A program made the translations under genes and the position numbers. A stretch of DNA of 64,000 bases, from the NCBI GenBank assembly GCA_037481835.1, contig JBBFKW010000008.1, forward strand, positions 32,001-96,000, written 5' to 3'. Position 1 is the first letter of the stretch. Every line of letters begins with the position of its first letter. The DNA is from Desulfosoma sp. (GTDB lineage Bacteria > Desulfobacterota > Syntrophobacteria > Syntrophobacterales > DSM-9756). The notes beneath the pieces were generated by a model. The model saw only the letters and a program-made list of their open reading frames with translations, searched no databases and had not been told where the DNA came from. Shown here in pieces: positions 9,647 to 20,643 of the stretch.

Positions 9647-10007
9647 GACGCAAAATCCTATACGCGATTGCGGGTCCTCACCCAATTGCGTGTCCAGCAC
9701 CGCCTCCGACCCGGCGCGCCGCATCGACCCCATGCCGGTGACGGTGCCCCCGGCGCGTCTCATGGCGGAACTGGAAAAGATCCTCACGGCCATGCCCCGC
9801 ACGACCATCGTCGAACGCCGGTCCGATTTCCTCCGAGCCGAAGTCCGAAGCCTCTTGGGCTTCGTGGACGATGTGGAATTCTTTGTGGATCCGTCGCATA
9901 ACCTTCTCCACATGCGTTCGGCATCCCGCACCGGGTATTGGGACCTGGGCGTCAACCGAAGGCGCTTGGAAACCGTCCGCTCCCAGTTACGGCGCCGCTT
10001 GGGATGA
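9645..10007 (+). CDS. DUF1499 family protein
   Basis: CGSSPNCVSS, GFVDDVEF, RSASRTGYWDLGVNRRRLE; GGGAG SD before ATG 9645. Confidence 0.8.
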   Translation: MTQNPIRDCGSSPNCVSSTASDPARRIDPMPVTVPPARLMAELEKILTAMPRTTIVERRSDFLRAEVRSLLGFVDDVEFFVDPSHNLLHMRSASRTGYWDLGVNRRRLETVRSQLRRRLG

Positions 10008-10019
10008 AACCGGTGCCCG

Positions 10020-10436
10020 TCACGTCAACCATCGGTCCAGCCGAAAGGCGACGGCGTTCACCACGGCGCATAACACCCCTCCCCAAGCCGTGTCGGCGAA
10101 ACTCAGCGGAACCGGCCAGCGGGCCAGGGTGGACAGGTTCGTAAAATCATAGACGCCGTAGAGCGTCACCCCGTAGAGAAACCCCCAAAGCAGGGCCGAT
10201 AACAGACCGAACTCGGGGTTGACCCGCGGCAGGGCAAAAAGGAGGATCCCCAGGGGGATCAGCAGGTACACGATCACAGCGGCCCACCACAGGGGGGCAA
10301 GGGCATCGCCGTTGCGCCGAGCCAGATCGCCGAGCTGCGCCTTGTAAAACTTGGGCATGATCAGGCCCAGGTAGCTGAGGTCGATGGCGAGAAAGATCGC
10401 GGTGGTGAGAACGTAGAGTTTCAGGGCATGCCACAT
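10020..10436 (-). CDS. DUF2177 family membrane protein
   Basis: FLAID..YLG, YGVYDFTNLSTLARWP...DTAWGG; AAAGGAG SD. Confidence 0.8.
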   Translation of the reverse strand: MWHALKLYVLTTAIFLAIDLSYLGLIMPKFYKAQLGDLARRNGDALAPLWWAAVIVYLLIPLGILLFALPRVNPEFGLLSALLWGFLYGVTLYGVYDFTNLSTLARWPVPLSFADTAWGGVLCAVVNAVAFRLDRWLT

Positions 10437-10551
10437 GGAGCGCTCCTTTCCTCGAGAGCCTTGGCTTATCGGGAACAAGGGGTTACACAGACAAGCTAAG
10501 CGTCTTGAGCCCGTTTTCATCCCCTGACACCAAAAAAAGCGGAGCCTTTCC

Positions 10552-11826
10552 ATGAACCATCCACACGGCTGGAATATCGCGGTCATCGGGGCCGGCATCT
10601 CAGGCATCGCCGCGGCTTACGTTCTTCAGCGCGCACACCGGGTCACGATTTTCGAACGCAACGAATCCCTCGGGGGGCACACCCGCACGGTGGTCGTGGA
10701 CGACGGCTCCGACGCCGGACTTCCCGTGGATACAGGATTCATCGTTTTGAACGACCGCACCTATCCCTTGCTGCTCGCCTACTTCGACCAGCTGGGCGTG
10801 CGCCTGCGCAAAACCGACATGGCTTTTAGCTACTGGAACCCGACCCGCAACTTCTTTTATGCCGGAACCGGGTGGCGGGGCCTTCTGGCGCAGCCGAAAA
10901 ATATGGCGAATCCGAAGTTCTTGCGTCTTCTTTTGGGGATCGGCCGTTTCATGGCCACGACCAGACGGAGCCTCATGGAAGGATCCCTGCGGGGAATCAG
11001 CCTGGGTGATTATTTGGATCGACAAAGGTTTTCCAAAGAAGTGGTTCATGCTTTCGTCCTCCCCATGGCCGGCGCGATCTGGTCCACACCCGCCCGGGCG
11101 GTGGCTGCTTTTCCGGCCGAAGCCTTCGCCCGCTTCTACGAACATCACGGGCTGCTTTCCCTAAGGCGCCGTCCCCAGTGGTTTTTCGTCCACGGAGGCA
11201 GCCACAGTTACATCAAAGCTTTTCTGAAACGGTTCCAAGGAGAAGTGTTGACGCAGAAGGCCGTGGCCCGAGTGTTTCGCCATGAAGACGGCGTGGAGGT
11301 GTTGTGCGAAGACGGCGACCGTCGCCGTTTCGATGCCGTGGTTTTCGCCGCCCATGCTGACCAAACCCTGGCTATGATTGAAAATCCCGACCCTCGTGAG
11401 CGGGCTTTGCTTTCGGCGTGGCGCTACAACCGAAACCGAACCGTGCTCCACACCGATCCCAGCTATTTGCCGCCGAAATCCGCCGCGTGGGCGTCCTGGA
11501 ACTTCGTCGAAAGGCCCGGTTCCGACTCCGATCGGCGCCTTACGGTCACCTACTTCATGAACCGGCTCCAGGCCCTGCCGTCCGCGACGCCCTATTGTGT
11601 CACTTTGAACCCCTGGGCGGACCACCCGCCCCGAGGCGTCATCGCCGCCTTCGAAGACACGCATCCCATGTATACTTTTGAATCCATGGACACCCAGAAC
11701 GCCCTCCCGTCCCTGAACGGCCGGCATCGCAGCTACTTTTGCGGCGCCTACTTCGGGTACGGCTTCCATGAAGACGGCATCCGCTCCGCGCTGCAGGTGA
11801 CCCGAAACTTCGGATTGGATCTATGA
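10552..11826 (+). CDS. FAD-dependent oxidoreductase of cfa-linked clusters (UfaD-like)
   Basis: VIGAGISG, LGGHTRT, VDTGFIVLNDRTYP, ASWN, GAYFGYGFHEDG. Confidence 0.85.
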   Translation: MNHPHGWNIAVIGAGISGIAAAYVLQRAHRVTIFERNESLGGHTRTVVVDDGSDAGLPVDTGFIVLNDRTYPLLLAYFDQLGVRLRKTDMAFSYWNPTRNFFYAGTGWRGLLAQPKNMANPKFLRLLLGIGRFMATTRRSLMEGSLRGISLGDYLDRQRFSKEVVHAFVLPMAGAIWSTPARAVAAFPAEAFARFYEHHGLLSLRRRPQWFFVHGGSHSYIKAFLKRFQGEVLTQKAVARVFRHEDGVEVLCEDGDRRRFDAVVFAAHADQTLAMIENPDPRERALLSAWRYNRNRTVLHTDPSYLPPKSAAWASWNFVERPGSDSDRRLTVTYFMNRLQALPSATPYCVTLNPWADHPPRGVIAAFEDTHPMYTFESMDTQNALPSLNGRHRSYFCGAYFGYGFHEDGIRSALQVTRNFGLDL

Positions 11827-13820
11827 GCGCCCCCTCTTCTTTCCTGTTTTCGGGCATCGTCGAACACGAACGCCTGGAACCCGTCAAGCACGCCTTCCGC
11901 TACCCTGTGCGTGTCTTCGCCTTCGATGTGGACGACCTGCCCCGGCTCGGCGAGACCCTGGTCCTTTTCAGTCACAACCGGACCAATGTCACATCGCTGC
12001 ACGATAAGGATTACCTGGACGGCCGATCGGCACCAATCCGCCCTCGGCTGGAAAAGATGCTGGAAAAACGAGGCATCGCTCCCCCTTTCGGCCGTATCGT
12101 TCTCGTAACCTCGGCGAGGCACGGCACGCGGGTCTTCAATCCCGTGAGCTTCTACTATGTTTTCGATCCCCGGGGGGACCTCAAAACCGTCGTGGCGGAG
12201 GTGAACAACACCTTCGGCGAACGGCACCTGTACATCCTGTCCGAACCCCACCCGGATCCTCGAGGGGCTTTTCGACGCTACCACGCGGACAAGGTCTTTC
12301 ATGTGTCGCCCTTTCACGACATGTCGGGGCGCTACGAGTTTCTCTTCGGGGACATCCGTCGCGAACTTTCCATCGAAGTGAGATTGTGGAAAGAAGACCG
12401 CATGGTCTTTCGCGCGAGGCTGGAGGGCTCTGGAGAACCCTTGACAAACCGGGCGCTGGCCCGGTCGGTCCTCCGAGATCCCCTCTTGCCCCACTGGACC
12501 ATGCCCCGCATCTTGTGGCAGGCAGCACAGCTCTTTATAAGGAGGCGACTGCAGGTGTTTACCAAACCCACCGCGACCCACGAATGGACGTTGATCAAGA
12601 ACCCGCCCGGCGTCCTGGACAAGAGATTCGGCCGATGGTTTCTGGATCTTTTTTCTGCAGCCGAAAAAGGGGACCTGACCGTGACGCTTCCGGATGGAAC
12701 CCGCCACCGTTTCGGCACACCCGGCGACACACCCCATGCGGATCTCACCGTGCACGATCCTGGATTCTTCACGCGGGTTTTTTGGGCCGGGGATGTGGGC
12801 CTGGGAGAATCTTTCATGGACGGCATGTGGGACAGCACCGATCCCACGGCTTTTATCGCCTTTTTGATCCGCAACCGGGACGTGCTGGAAAACCGCCGGA
12901 GCACCGCCTCGAAACTCGCCGGGGTGCTGGATCGGCTGCGGCACCTGTCCCGGGCCAACACTCTCTTCGGGTCGCGGCGAAATATCCGGCGCCATTACGA
13001 TCTGAGCAACGAGCTCTTCGCGGCCTTTCTCGATCCTTCCATGACCTATTCCTGCGCCCTTTTCGAAAAGGACGGGGATGATTTGGAAGAGGCCCAGCGC
13101 CGAAAATTGCGACGCATCGCCCAAAAGGCCCGGCTCGGCCCGAACGACCACGTCCTGGAAATCGGGTGCGGCTGGGGAAGCTTTGCCGTGCTCGCCGCCC
13201 GGGAAACGGGCTGCCGCGTGACCGGCATCACGGTCTCCAAAGCCCAATGGGATTTCGCTCGGCAACGAGTTCGAGAAGCCGGGCTGGAAGACCGCGTGAC
13301 GATCCTCCTCCGGGACTACCGCCGAGTTCAAGGCCGGTTCGATAAGATCGTCTCCATCGAAATGCTCGAAGCCGTCGGGCACGAATACCTGCCCCGCTTT
13401 TTCCAGTGCTGCGAAAGGCTTCTCGCCCCGCACGGCCTTCTGGTCCTCCAAACCATCGCCATCCCCGACCATCGCTACGAACGCTATCGCAAAGGCTGCG
13501 ATTGGATCCAAAAATACATCTTCCCCGGCGGCATGCTCCCATCCCTCGGGGCGCTTTGTCAGGCCATGGCCGAAACATCCACCTTTTACGTGGAGTCACT
13601 GGAAAACATCGGGGTGCACTATGCCCGGACGTTACGGGAATGGCGTCTTCGGTTTGAAAAGAACCGAGAAGCCGTTCGACGGCTGGGTTTCGATGAGACC
13701 TTCCGGCGTATGTGGCTCTATTACCTGTGTTTCTGCGAAGCGGCCTTCGCCACGCGCACCCTGAACGACCTCCAATTGGTCCTGAGCCGCCCCAACAACC
13801 CCGCATTGGATGCCCCATGA
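11823..13820 (+). CDS. DUF1365 fused to a cyclopropane-fatty-acyl-phospholipid synthase-type SAM methyltransferase
   Basis: N-terminal FNPVSFYY, AEVNNTFGERH, KVFHVSPF; C-terminal HYDLSN, MTYSCA, LEIGCGWG, SIEMLEAVG, YIFPGG. Confidence 0.9.
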   Translation: MSAPSSFLFSGIVEHERLEPVKHAFRYPVRVFAFDVDDLPRLGETLVLFSHNRTNVTSLHDKDYLDGRSAPIRPRLEKMLEKRGIAPPFGRIVLVTSARHGTRVFNPVSFYYVFDPRGDLKTVVAEVNNTFGERHLYILSEPHPDPRGAFRRYHADKVFHVSPFHDMSGRYEFLFGDIRRELSIEVRLWKEDRMVFRARLEGSGEPLTNRALARSVLRDPLLPHWTMPRILWQAAQLFIRRRLQVFTKPTATHEWTLIKNPPGVLDKRFGRWFLDLFSAAEKGDLTVTLPDGTRHRFGTPGDTPHADLTVHDPGFFTRVFWAGDVGLGESFMDGMWDSTDPTAFIAFLIRNRDVLENRRSTASKLAGVLDRLRHLSRANTLFGSRRNIRRHYDLSNELFAAFLDPSMTYSCALFEKDGDDLEEAQRRKLRRIAQKARLGPNDHVLEIGCGWGSFAVLAARETGCRVTGITVSKAQWDFARQRVREAGLEDRVTILLRDYRRVQGRFDKIVSIEMLEAVGHEYLPRFFQCCERLLAPHGLLVLQTIAIPDHRYERYRKGCDWIQKYIFPGGMLPSLGALCQAMAETSTFYVESLENIGVHYARTLREWRLRFEKNREAVRRLGFDETFRRMWLYYLCFCEAAFATRTLNDLQLVLSRPNNPALDAP

Positions 13821-13900
13821 GCACAGGGGCGCGGGAGAAATGCGGGGTTAAGCGAAGAAAAACCCAGCAAAAACCGTTACGGTTCCAAGCACCTGGGATT

Positions 13901-14551
13901 CTAGGGGGCTGCGCATCCGGAGGCGGCGACGGCGTGAAGCCCGCCGAGAGAAAACCGGACGATGTGGTCCGCCAGGCGCTCCATGAGTTCTTCCGAAAGG
14001 GGTTCCCGCAAGAGGTATTCCAGGTCCTCCGGGCGTACCGTGAAAACGGCCCGGCATTGATTGATGACGCTCAGCTCGCAAAAGAGGAGTTTTTCGTCGT
14101 CGGTGTCGAGCCCCGTGATTTCGGAAAGAAGGCTGAGAAGAAACATCCGCCTCGGTTCGATGAGTTTATGGAGGATGTTCCGGATGAGACCCGTGGGGTT
14201 GGCCAGTTCCTGGAAGTAGAGCCGGGTGAACTGCCCGCGCCGGCTCTTTTCCACGAAAGCCCGAAGAAGATGGCGGATCAAAAGCGAAAAACGCTCCTCG
14301 GGCGGACGATCGTGGGGCACCGAAAAGCCCTCCTGCATGTCTTTCTGGAAGGCATGTTTCCAAGCTTCCACGTAGAGGGCGGCCTTGTCCCCGAAGTAAT
14401 AGTTGGCCGCCGCACTGTTGGCTTTGGCCCGCCGGCAGATGTCGGCAAGGCGCGCCCCATGGAAGCCCTTTTCCGCAAAAACGTCACACGCCGCTTCCAA
14501 AAGACGCGTGCGGGTGGCCATTCCGTCCCGTCGCAGTCCCATGCCCTCCAT
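13901..14551 (-). CDS. TetR-family regulator (CecR/DUF1956-like C-terminus)
   Basis: TRTRLLEAACDVFAEKGFHG..ICRRAKANSAAANYYFGDKAALY; divergent from the RND operon. Confidence 0.85.
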   Translation of the reverse strand: MEGMGLRRDGMATRTRLLEAACDVFAEKGFHGARLADICRRAKANSAAANYYFGDKAALYVEAWKHAFQKDMQEGFSVPHDRPPEERFSLLIRHLLRAFVEKSRRGQFTRLYFQELANPTGLIRNILHKLIEPRRMFLLSLLSEITGLDTDDEKLLFCELSVINQCRAVFTVRPEDLEYLLREPLSEELMERLADHIVRFSLGGLHAVAASGCAAP

Positions 14552-14606
14552 GCCTTTCCAAAAAGAAGGATTTGACTTTTTGCGAACAACGATTTAAACG
14601 CCAAAA

Positions 14607-14624
14607 TTCAAATCGTCATTTGAA
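14607..14624. promoter_or_regulatory. Perfect palindrome, probable TetR operator
   Basis: TTCAAAT-cgtc-ATTTGAA in the AT-rich gap between tetR and the RND operon. Confidence 0.6.
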
Positions 14625-14666
14625 GTAAACGTTTGGATTTGTCAACCGTTTCCTTGGGGGTGCTCT

Positions 14667-15893
14667 ATGGAATCGGGAAAAAGGCCCTCGGGCATGCCAT
14701 CCTCCTCGGCCCTCTCCTGTGACGACCCTTCCGGCGCCGCCGCCGGCTCGCCACATTCCGTGGGGCCTGGATGGCTCTGGGCTTTGTGGTTCGCGGTCTT
14801 TGTCTCTCTTCCGCTCTCTTCGGGTCTGGCCGCCCCGCCGGGACCGGCCGGCGATGGGCCCGTGACGGTGGGGGTGGTCCCCGTAACGATCCAGGACGTG
14901 AACCCCGCGGCGGAATATGTGGGGCATGTGGAAGCCATTCAGGCGGTGGATATCCGGGCGCGCGTGGAAGGGTTCCTTCAGGAGGTTCGCTTTCGCGAAG
15001 GGTCCCGGGTGCGCGCCGGGGATGTGCTCTATGTCATCGAACAAGACCTTTACAAGGCGCGGGTGGATGCCTCCAAAGCCCAGCTGGCCCAAGCGGAAGC
15101 CGCTTTGGATCGCTCCGAACGGTATCTCAAGAGGCTTCAGGCGGCGCGAGCGGAAAGCGTTCCGGCGACGGACATGGACAACGCCGTCGCCGCACGGGCC
15201 GAAGCGGCGGCACGCCTCCAAGCGGCCAAGGCGCAGCTTGCCGTCGATCAAATCCAACTCGCCTATACGGTGGTCTCATCCCCCATCACGGGGCGCATCG
15301 GCAAGACAGCCTACACGGTGGGAAATCTTGTAAACCCGGCTTTCGGGGTTCTGGCCCGGGTCGTCCAGGAAGATCCGATCCGCGTGGTGTACGCCGTCAG
15401 TGAAAACGACATGGCGGTGGTGCGCTCGGCCCTTCGGGAAGCGGCTTCGGGAGCCAAGAACCGCGTGCTGGCGCCGTCTTTGCGCCTCGCCGACGGGACC
15501 CTGTACGCTCAAACCGGCACCGTGGAATTCGTGGACAACCGAGTGGATCCCGCTACGGGGACCATCGCCGTGCGCGCCGTTTTCCCCAATCCCGAAGGCG
15601 TCCTCATTCCCGGCCAGTACGTCACGGTGCTCGTCAAGAACCGGGACCCCAAGCCCATGCCCGTGGTGCCTCAGTCGGCCGTGTTGGTGGATCAAAAAGG
15701 AAAGTACGTCCTCACGGTGGACCAGGCGGGACAGGTGGTCGCCCGACCTGTGACCCTGGGGCCTGCCGTGGGCACGGCCTACGCAGTGACGTCGGGCCTT
15801 GCGGAAGGGGAGCGGGTCATTGTCCAGGGGATCCAAAAGGTGCGCCCGGGTCAGACCGTCCGGCCGGAAACGATTTCCGAAGCGGGGAGGTAG
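14667..15893 (+). CDS. RND efflux periplasmic adaptor (MFP)
   Basis: [39 protein letters not shown]; start uncertain. Confidence 0.9.
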   Translation: MESGKRPSGMPSSSALSCDDPSGAAAGSPHSVGPGWLWALWFAVFVSLPLSSGLAAPPGPAGDGPVTVGVVPVTIQDVNPAAEYVGHVEAIQAVDIRARVEGFLQEVRFREGSRVRAGDVLYVIEQDLYKARVDASKAQLAQAEAALDRSERYLKRLQAARAESVPATDMDNAVAARAEAAARLQAAKAQLAVDQIQLAYTVVSSPITGRIGKTAYTVGNLVNPAFGVLARVVQEDPIRVVYAVSENDMAVVRSALREAASGAKNRVLAPSLRLADGTLYAQTGTVEFVDNRVDPATGTIAVRAVFPNPEGVLIPGQYVTVLVKNRDPKPMPVVPQSAVLVDQKGKYVLTVDQAGQVVARPVTLGPAVGTAYAVTSGLAEGERVIVQGIQKVRPGQTVRPETISEAGR

Positions 15894-15898
15894 CGGTC

Positions 15899-18800
15899 AT
15901 GTTTTCTCGGATTTTTATCGAGCGACCGCGCCTTGCGGCGGTGGTCTCCATCGTCATCACCATCGGGGGCCTCATCGCCCTATTTAACATCCCGGTGGCC
16001 CAGTATCCGCAGATCACGCCGCCGGAAATCTACGTCACCGCCACGTACCCCGGCGCAGGGGCCCAGGTGATCGCCCAAACCGTGGCCGCTCCCATCGAAA
16101 AGGAAGTCAACGGCGTGGAAGACATGCTTTACATGTCCTCCACCTGTTCCGACGACGGCACGTACCAACTGGCCGTCACGTTCGCCGTGGGGACCAATCC
16201 CGACATCGACCAGGTGAACTTGCAAAACCGCGTTCAGTTGGCCACGCCCAAGCTTCCTTCGGAGGTGGTCGCCCAGGGGATCAGCGTGCGGCGCCGTTCT
16301 TCCGACATCATGGCCGCCGTGAGTTTCTATTCCCCCAAGGGCACACAGAACATGCTCGCCCTGAGCAACTACATGAGCAATTACGTCAAAGACGCCCTGG
16401 TGCGTCTCCCCGGCGTGAGTGACGTCTTCATCTTCGGGGAGAAGGAATACAGCATCCGCATCTGGATGGACCCGGACCGCATGACGGCGTTGGGCCTTAC
16501 GGCCGAAGACGTCATCGCGGCAGTGCGCCGCCAGAACATTCAGGCCGCCGTGGGCTCCATCGGCCGGGAACCCATGGGGCCGAACCAGCAGGTGCAGTTT
16601 ACCATCCAGGCCAAAGGACGGCTGGACAAGCCCGACGAGTTCAAGAACATCGTCATTCGCGGAAACGACCAGGGCGGCTTGGTGCGCCTCGGCGATATTG
16701 CCCGCGTGGAACTGGCCGCCAAGGATTATTCCACGGAATCCATGCTGAACGGCAATCCCGCGGCCACGCTGGCGGTTTACAGGGCCACGGGGGCCAACGC
16801 CTTGGAAACCATGCAGGCCGTTCGGGAGGAGCTCAAGAGGCTGTCCAAGTCCATGCCCGAAGACATGGCCTACGAAATCATTTTGGACACGACGCGCTAC
16901 GTGTCCGCCGCCATCCATGAAATCGAATGGACCCTTGTGCTGACCTTCCTTCTCGTCCTTTTGGTCAACTACGTCTTCCTTCAGGACTGGCGGGCGACCC
17001 TGGTGCCTACGGCGACCATTCCCGTCTCCCTTATCGGCACCTTCGCGGTGCTCTTGGCCCTTGGCTATAACGCCAACACCATTTCCCTTTTCGCGCTCAT
17101 CATGGCCATCGGGCTCGTGGTGGACGACGCCATCGTGGTCGTGGAAAACGTTTTCCGGCTCATGGCCGAGGAAAACCTCCCTCCCAAGGAAGCCGCCATC
17201 AAGAGCATGGAACAGGTGACCGGGCCGGTGGTGGCGACGACTCTTGTTCTTTTGGCCATCTTCGTCCCGGTGGGGTTCATGCCGGGCATCACGGGGCAGC
17301 TTTATAAACAGTTTGCCGTGACCATCTGCACGTCGGTGCTCATTTCCACTCTGTGCGCCCTTACCCTGAGCCCCGCCATGTGCGCCACCATGCTTCGGCC
17401 GCACCGGCCCGCCCGGCGCGGGCCCTTCGCCTGGTTCAACCGCTTTTTGGACCGGGCCCGCCGCGGCTACGTGACCGGATCCGGGCTGCTCATCCGCAAG
17501 GCCGTCCTGGGCGCGCTCCTTTTCGCCGTGGTGATCGTGAGTGGCGGGGTCTTGTTTAACAAAAGCCCCACGAGCTTTCTTCCCGAAGAGGATCAGGGCT
17601 ACTTCTTTTTCAACACCCAGCTTCCCGAAGGGGCGTCCTTGGGGCGCACCTACGAGGTCATGAGGCGCATCACCGCCGAGATCCGCTCCATCGAAGGCGT
17701 CAAGGACGTCATCGGGGTGAGCGGGTTCAGTTTGCTGAGCGGCCGCGCAGCCAACGTGGGTTTCGGTATCGCCATCCTCAAGCCGTGGGATGAAAGGCCG
17801 GGGGCGTCGTTGCATGTGAGTGCCATCGTGAGGCAGGCACAAGGCCGGCTTGCGGCCATTAGCGAAGCCAATTCCTTCGCTTTCGCACCTCCGGCCATTA
17901 TCGGGTTGGGCACCACGGGCGGGTTCGACTTTCGGCTTCTGGCCAAGGAAGGTCAGAGCCCTCAGGAACTTTTCGGGGTGGCCATGTCGCTCATGATGGC
18001 CGCCAACCAGGACCCCGTTCTGTCCCGCGTTTTCACCACCTATACGGCCAACACCCCGCAGATCTTCTTCAACGTGGATCGCACCCGGGCCGAGTATATG
18101 AAGATCCCGGTGAGCCGCGTGTTTTCCACCTTGCAGGCGCACCTGGGTTCCGCCTACGTGAACGATTTCAACCTCCAGGACCGTACCTACCAGGTCAAGG
18201 TCCAGGCGGAGGCGCCCTATCGAGACGATCTTTCGGACATTCAGCGGCTCTATGTGCGCAGCGACACCGGCGATCTCGTCCCCTTGACGAGCCTGGCCAC
18301 CCTGTCCACCATCCTGGGCCCGCAGCTCATCAAGCGCTACAATCAGTTTCCCAGTGCCGACTTCAGCGGCCAGGCGGCTCCGGGGTTTTCTTCGGGACAG
18401 GCCATGGACGCCATGGAACGACTGGCGGCCAAGGTGTTACCGCCCGGCTACGGTTTTGAATGGGCGTCGGTGTCCTTTCAGGAAAAACAGGCTTCCGGCC
18501 AGGTGGTCTACCTGTTCTTCCTGGCGGTCCTCTTCGGGTACCTCTTTCTCGTCGGCCAATACGAAAGCTGGAACATTCCGCTGGCCATCATTTTTTACAT
18601 TCCCGTAGCGGCCCTCGGAGCCCTGGCGGGCTTGAGCCTCGTGGGCATGTCCCTCAGCATTTACGCCCAAATCGGCCTGGTGCTCCTGGTCGGCCTGGCC
18701 GCCAAGAACGCCATCCTTATCGTGGAATTCGCCCGGGACAGCCGAGCCCATGGATTGTCCATTTCGGAAGCCGCCTTGGCCGGGGCGGGCATCCGGTTTC

Positions 18801-19027
18801 GGCCGGTGCTCATGACGGCCTTCACCTTCATCCTGGGGGTGGCCCCCATGGTCATCGCCACAGGAGCGGGGGCGGGCAGCCGGCGGGCCATCGGAACCAC
18901 GGTCTTTTCTGGCATGCTCGTATGCACCGTTTTCGGCATTTTCCTCATCCCGTTCCTTTTCTACGTGTTCCAGACGGCTCGGGAAAAGGGGCGGGCATGG
19001 CGGGAAAAGCGCCGCGCCGAAAAGTAA
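15899..19027 (+). CDS. RND efflux permease, AcrB/HAE1 family
   Basis: [49 protein letters not shown]. Confidence 0.95.
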   Translation: MFSRIFIERPRLAAVVSIVITIGGLIALFNIPVAQYPQITPPEIYVTATYPGAGAQVIAQTVAAPIEKEVNGVEDMLYMSSTCSDDGTYQLAVTFAVGTNPDIDQVNLQNRVQLATPKLPSEVVAQGISVRRRSSDIMAAVSFYSPKGTQNMLALSNYMSNYVKDALVRLPGVSDVFIFGEKEYSIRIWMDPDRMTALGLTAEDVIAAVRRQNIQAAVGSIGREPMGPNQQVQFTIQAKGRLDKPDEFKNIVIRGNDQGGLVRLGDIARVELAAKDYSTESMLNGNPAATLAVYRATGANALETMQAVREELKRLSKSMPEDMAYEIILDTTRYVSAAIHEIEWTLVLTFLLVLLVNYVFLQDWRATLVPTATIPVSLIGTFAVLLALGYNANTISLFALIMAIGLVVDDAIVVVENVFRLMAEENLPPKEAAIKSMEQVTGPVVATTLVLLAIFVPVGFMPGITGQLYKQFAVTICTSVLISTLCALTLSPAMCATMLRPHRPARRGPFAWFNRFLDRARRGYVTGSGLLIRKAVLGALLFAVVIVSGGVLFNKSPTSFLPEEDQGYFFFNTQLPEGASLGRTYEVMRRITAEIRSIEGVKDVIGVSGFSLLSGRAANVGFGIAILKPWDERPGASLHVSAIVRQAQGRLAAISEANSFAFAPPAIIGLGTTGGFDFRLLAKEGQSPQELFGVAMSLMMAANQDPVLSRVFTTYTANTPQIFFNVDRTRAEYMKIPVSRVFSTLQAHLGSAYVNDFNLQDRTYQVKVQAEAPYRDDLSDIQRLYVRSDTGDLVPLTSLATLSTILGPQLIKRYNQFPSADFSGQAAPGFSSGQAMDAMERLAAKVLPPGYGFEWASVSFQEKQASGQVVYLFFLAVLFGYLFLVGQYESWNIPLAIIFYIPVAALGALAGLSLVGMSLSIYAQIGLVLLVGLAAKNAILIVEFARDSRAHGLSISEAALAGAGIRFRPVLMTAFTFILGVAPMVIATGAGAGSRRAIGTTVFSGMLVCTVFGIFLIPFLFYVFQTAREKGRAWREKRRAEK

Positions 19028-19034
19028 AACGCCG

Positions 19035-20495
19035 ATGGAGGGAAATGGCCCCATGCAGCACGCGAAAGCGACCGGCGCCCTGAAGGGCGCCTTCACGATC
19101 CTTTGGGTTTGGCTTCTCCTGCAGGGCTGCGCCCCCGTCGGGCCCCACTACAGGGCACCGGAACCTAAGGCCCCGAACCGCTGGCATGCTCAGGATGCCG
19201 GCCCGTGGGAGACCGCGTCCCCGGATCCGGCGGTTCTCGCCCGATGGTGGGAAACTCTCGGCGATCCCCTCTTGAGCGATCTGGAACGACAGGCCCTCGA
19301 AGCCAATCCGGACCTCAAGGCGGCGGTGGCCCGAGTGCGGGAGGCACGTGCCGTGGTCGGCGTGCAGAGGGCCGGCCTTTTCCCAGTGCTCGACGCCTCG
19401 GCGGAAGCGTCCCGAAGGCGCACCAGCGGGCGAGGGCTGACGGGTCGGGCCGTGGAAACGGATTACTACCAAACGGGTTTCGATGCGGGATGGGAGCTGG
19501 ACGTTTTCGGCGGCACCCGGCGCGGGGTGGAAGCGGCCGTGGCCGATTGGGAAGCCGCTTCGGCCGCCTACGACGCCGTCCGCGTGAGCCTCATGGCCGA
19601 AACCGCCCTGGCCTATGTGGAACTGCGGACCTACCAGGAACGACTGGCCCTGACTCGAAGAAACATCGCCGTGCAGGAAGAGACCTACGCCCTGAACGTG
19701 TCCCGATACAGCGCAGGCCTTATCGACGAACTGCCCGTCCAGCAGGCGCTCTACAACCTGGAACATACCCGTGCCGCCCTCTCCCCGCTGGAGACGGGTC
19801 TGGAAGCGGCCAAAAACCGTCTCGCCGTGCTCACGGGAAAAGACCCCGGAAGCCTGGAATCTGCGCTCGCCGAACCCCGCCCCATTCCCGGGGTGCCTTT
19901 GCGCATCGCCGTGGGGATCCCCGCGGAGGCGCTCCGTAACCGGCCAGACATCCGCCGAGCGGAACGGGAGCTGGCGGCGGCCACGGCCCGGATCGGCCAG
20001 GCGACGGCGGAACTTTATCCCCGGTTCCGCTTGTTCGGAACCATCGGCTTCGAATCCTTGTCCTCGGGAGATCTTTTTGATTGGGCCAGCCGTTTGTGGG
20101 CCATCGGTCCGGGGGTGCGCTGGCGTGTGTTCGACGCCGGAGAAATCCGAAAAAACATTGAAATCCGCACGGCACAGCAGGAACAGGCGTTTCGGCGCTA
20201 TGAGGCGGCCGTTTTGAAGGCGCTGGAAGAGGTGGAAAACGCTCTCGTCGCCCTGGCCAAGGAACAGAGAAGGCTGGAACAGTTGGAAAAGGCCGTGGAT
20301 GCCGCGCAAAGGGCGGAACTCACGGCCAAGGACCGCTACCAAGCGGGGCTCGTGGACTTTACGGACGTTCTGGACGCCCAGAGAACCCTGCAGGCCTTTC
20401 AGGATGAACGAGCCCAAAGCCGAGGAGCGGTCACCGCGACCCTGGTGCGCCTCTACAAGGCCTTGGGAGGCGGATGGCAGCCGCACCATCCTTGA
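19035..20495 (+). CDS. Outer-membrane efflux lipoprotein (NodT/OprM family)
   Basis: Lipobox LQGC, WWETLGDP, WELDVFGG, RPDIRRAE, LYKALGGGW. Confidence 0.9.
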   Translation: MEGNGPMQHAKATGALKGAFTILWVWLLLQGCAPVGPHYRAPEPKAPNRWHAQDAGPWETASPDPAVLARWWETLGDPLLSDLERQALEANPDLKAAVARVREARAVVGVQRAGLFPVLDASAEASRRRTSGRGLTGRAVETDYYQTGFDAGWELDVFGGTRRGVEAAVADWEAASAAYDAVRVSLMAETALAYVELRTYQERLALTRRNIAVQEETYALNVSRYSAGLIDELPVQQALYNLEHTRAALSPLETGLEAAKNRLAVLTGKDPGSLESALAEPRPIPGVPLRIAVGIPAEALRNRPDIRRAERELAAATARIGQATAELYPRFRLFGTIGFESLSSGDLFDWASRLWAIGPGVRWRVFDAGEIRKNIEIRTAQQEQAFRRYEAAVLKALEEVENALVALAKEQRRLEQLEKAVDAAQRAELTAKDRYQAGLVDFTDVLDAQRTLQAFQDERAQSRGAVTATLVRLYKALGGGWQPHHP

Positions 20496-20643
20496 GTTCC
20501 GGTTCGAATTTCATCCTTCGTTGCGACACCGCGACTTTCATAAAAGACGGCCATGCGCGAAGTGGGTCAAGGGGGTGGCGCGGTGCGGCCGTGATTCTTT
20601 CGGGGCTTCCCTGCGCTCACCCCAGCGGTGGTCCTAAGGCCTC

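Noticed and set aside
9647..9955. N-terminal extension of the MFS ORF to 9955
   Set aside because: It is the antisense of the DUF1499 gene; MFS similarity only begins near 9600
15980..18142. Long antisense ORFs (also 11748-13511, 31357-33489, 37500-39590, 47877-49343, 60213-61754)
   Set aside because: Shadow frames of GC-rich genes with no recognisable motifs
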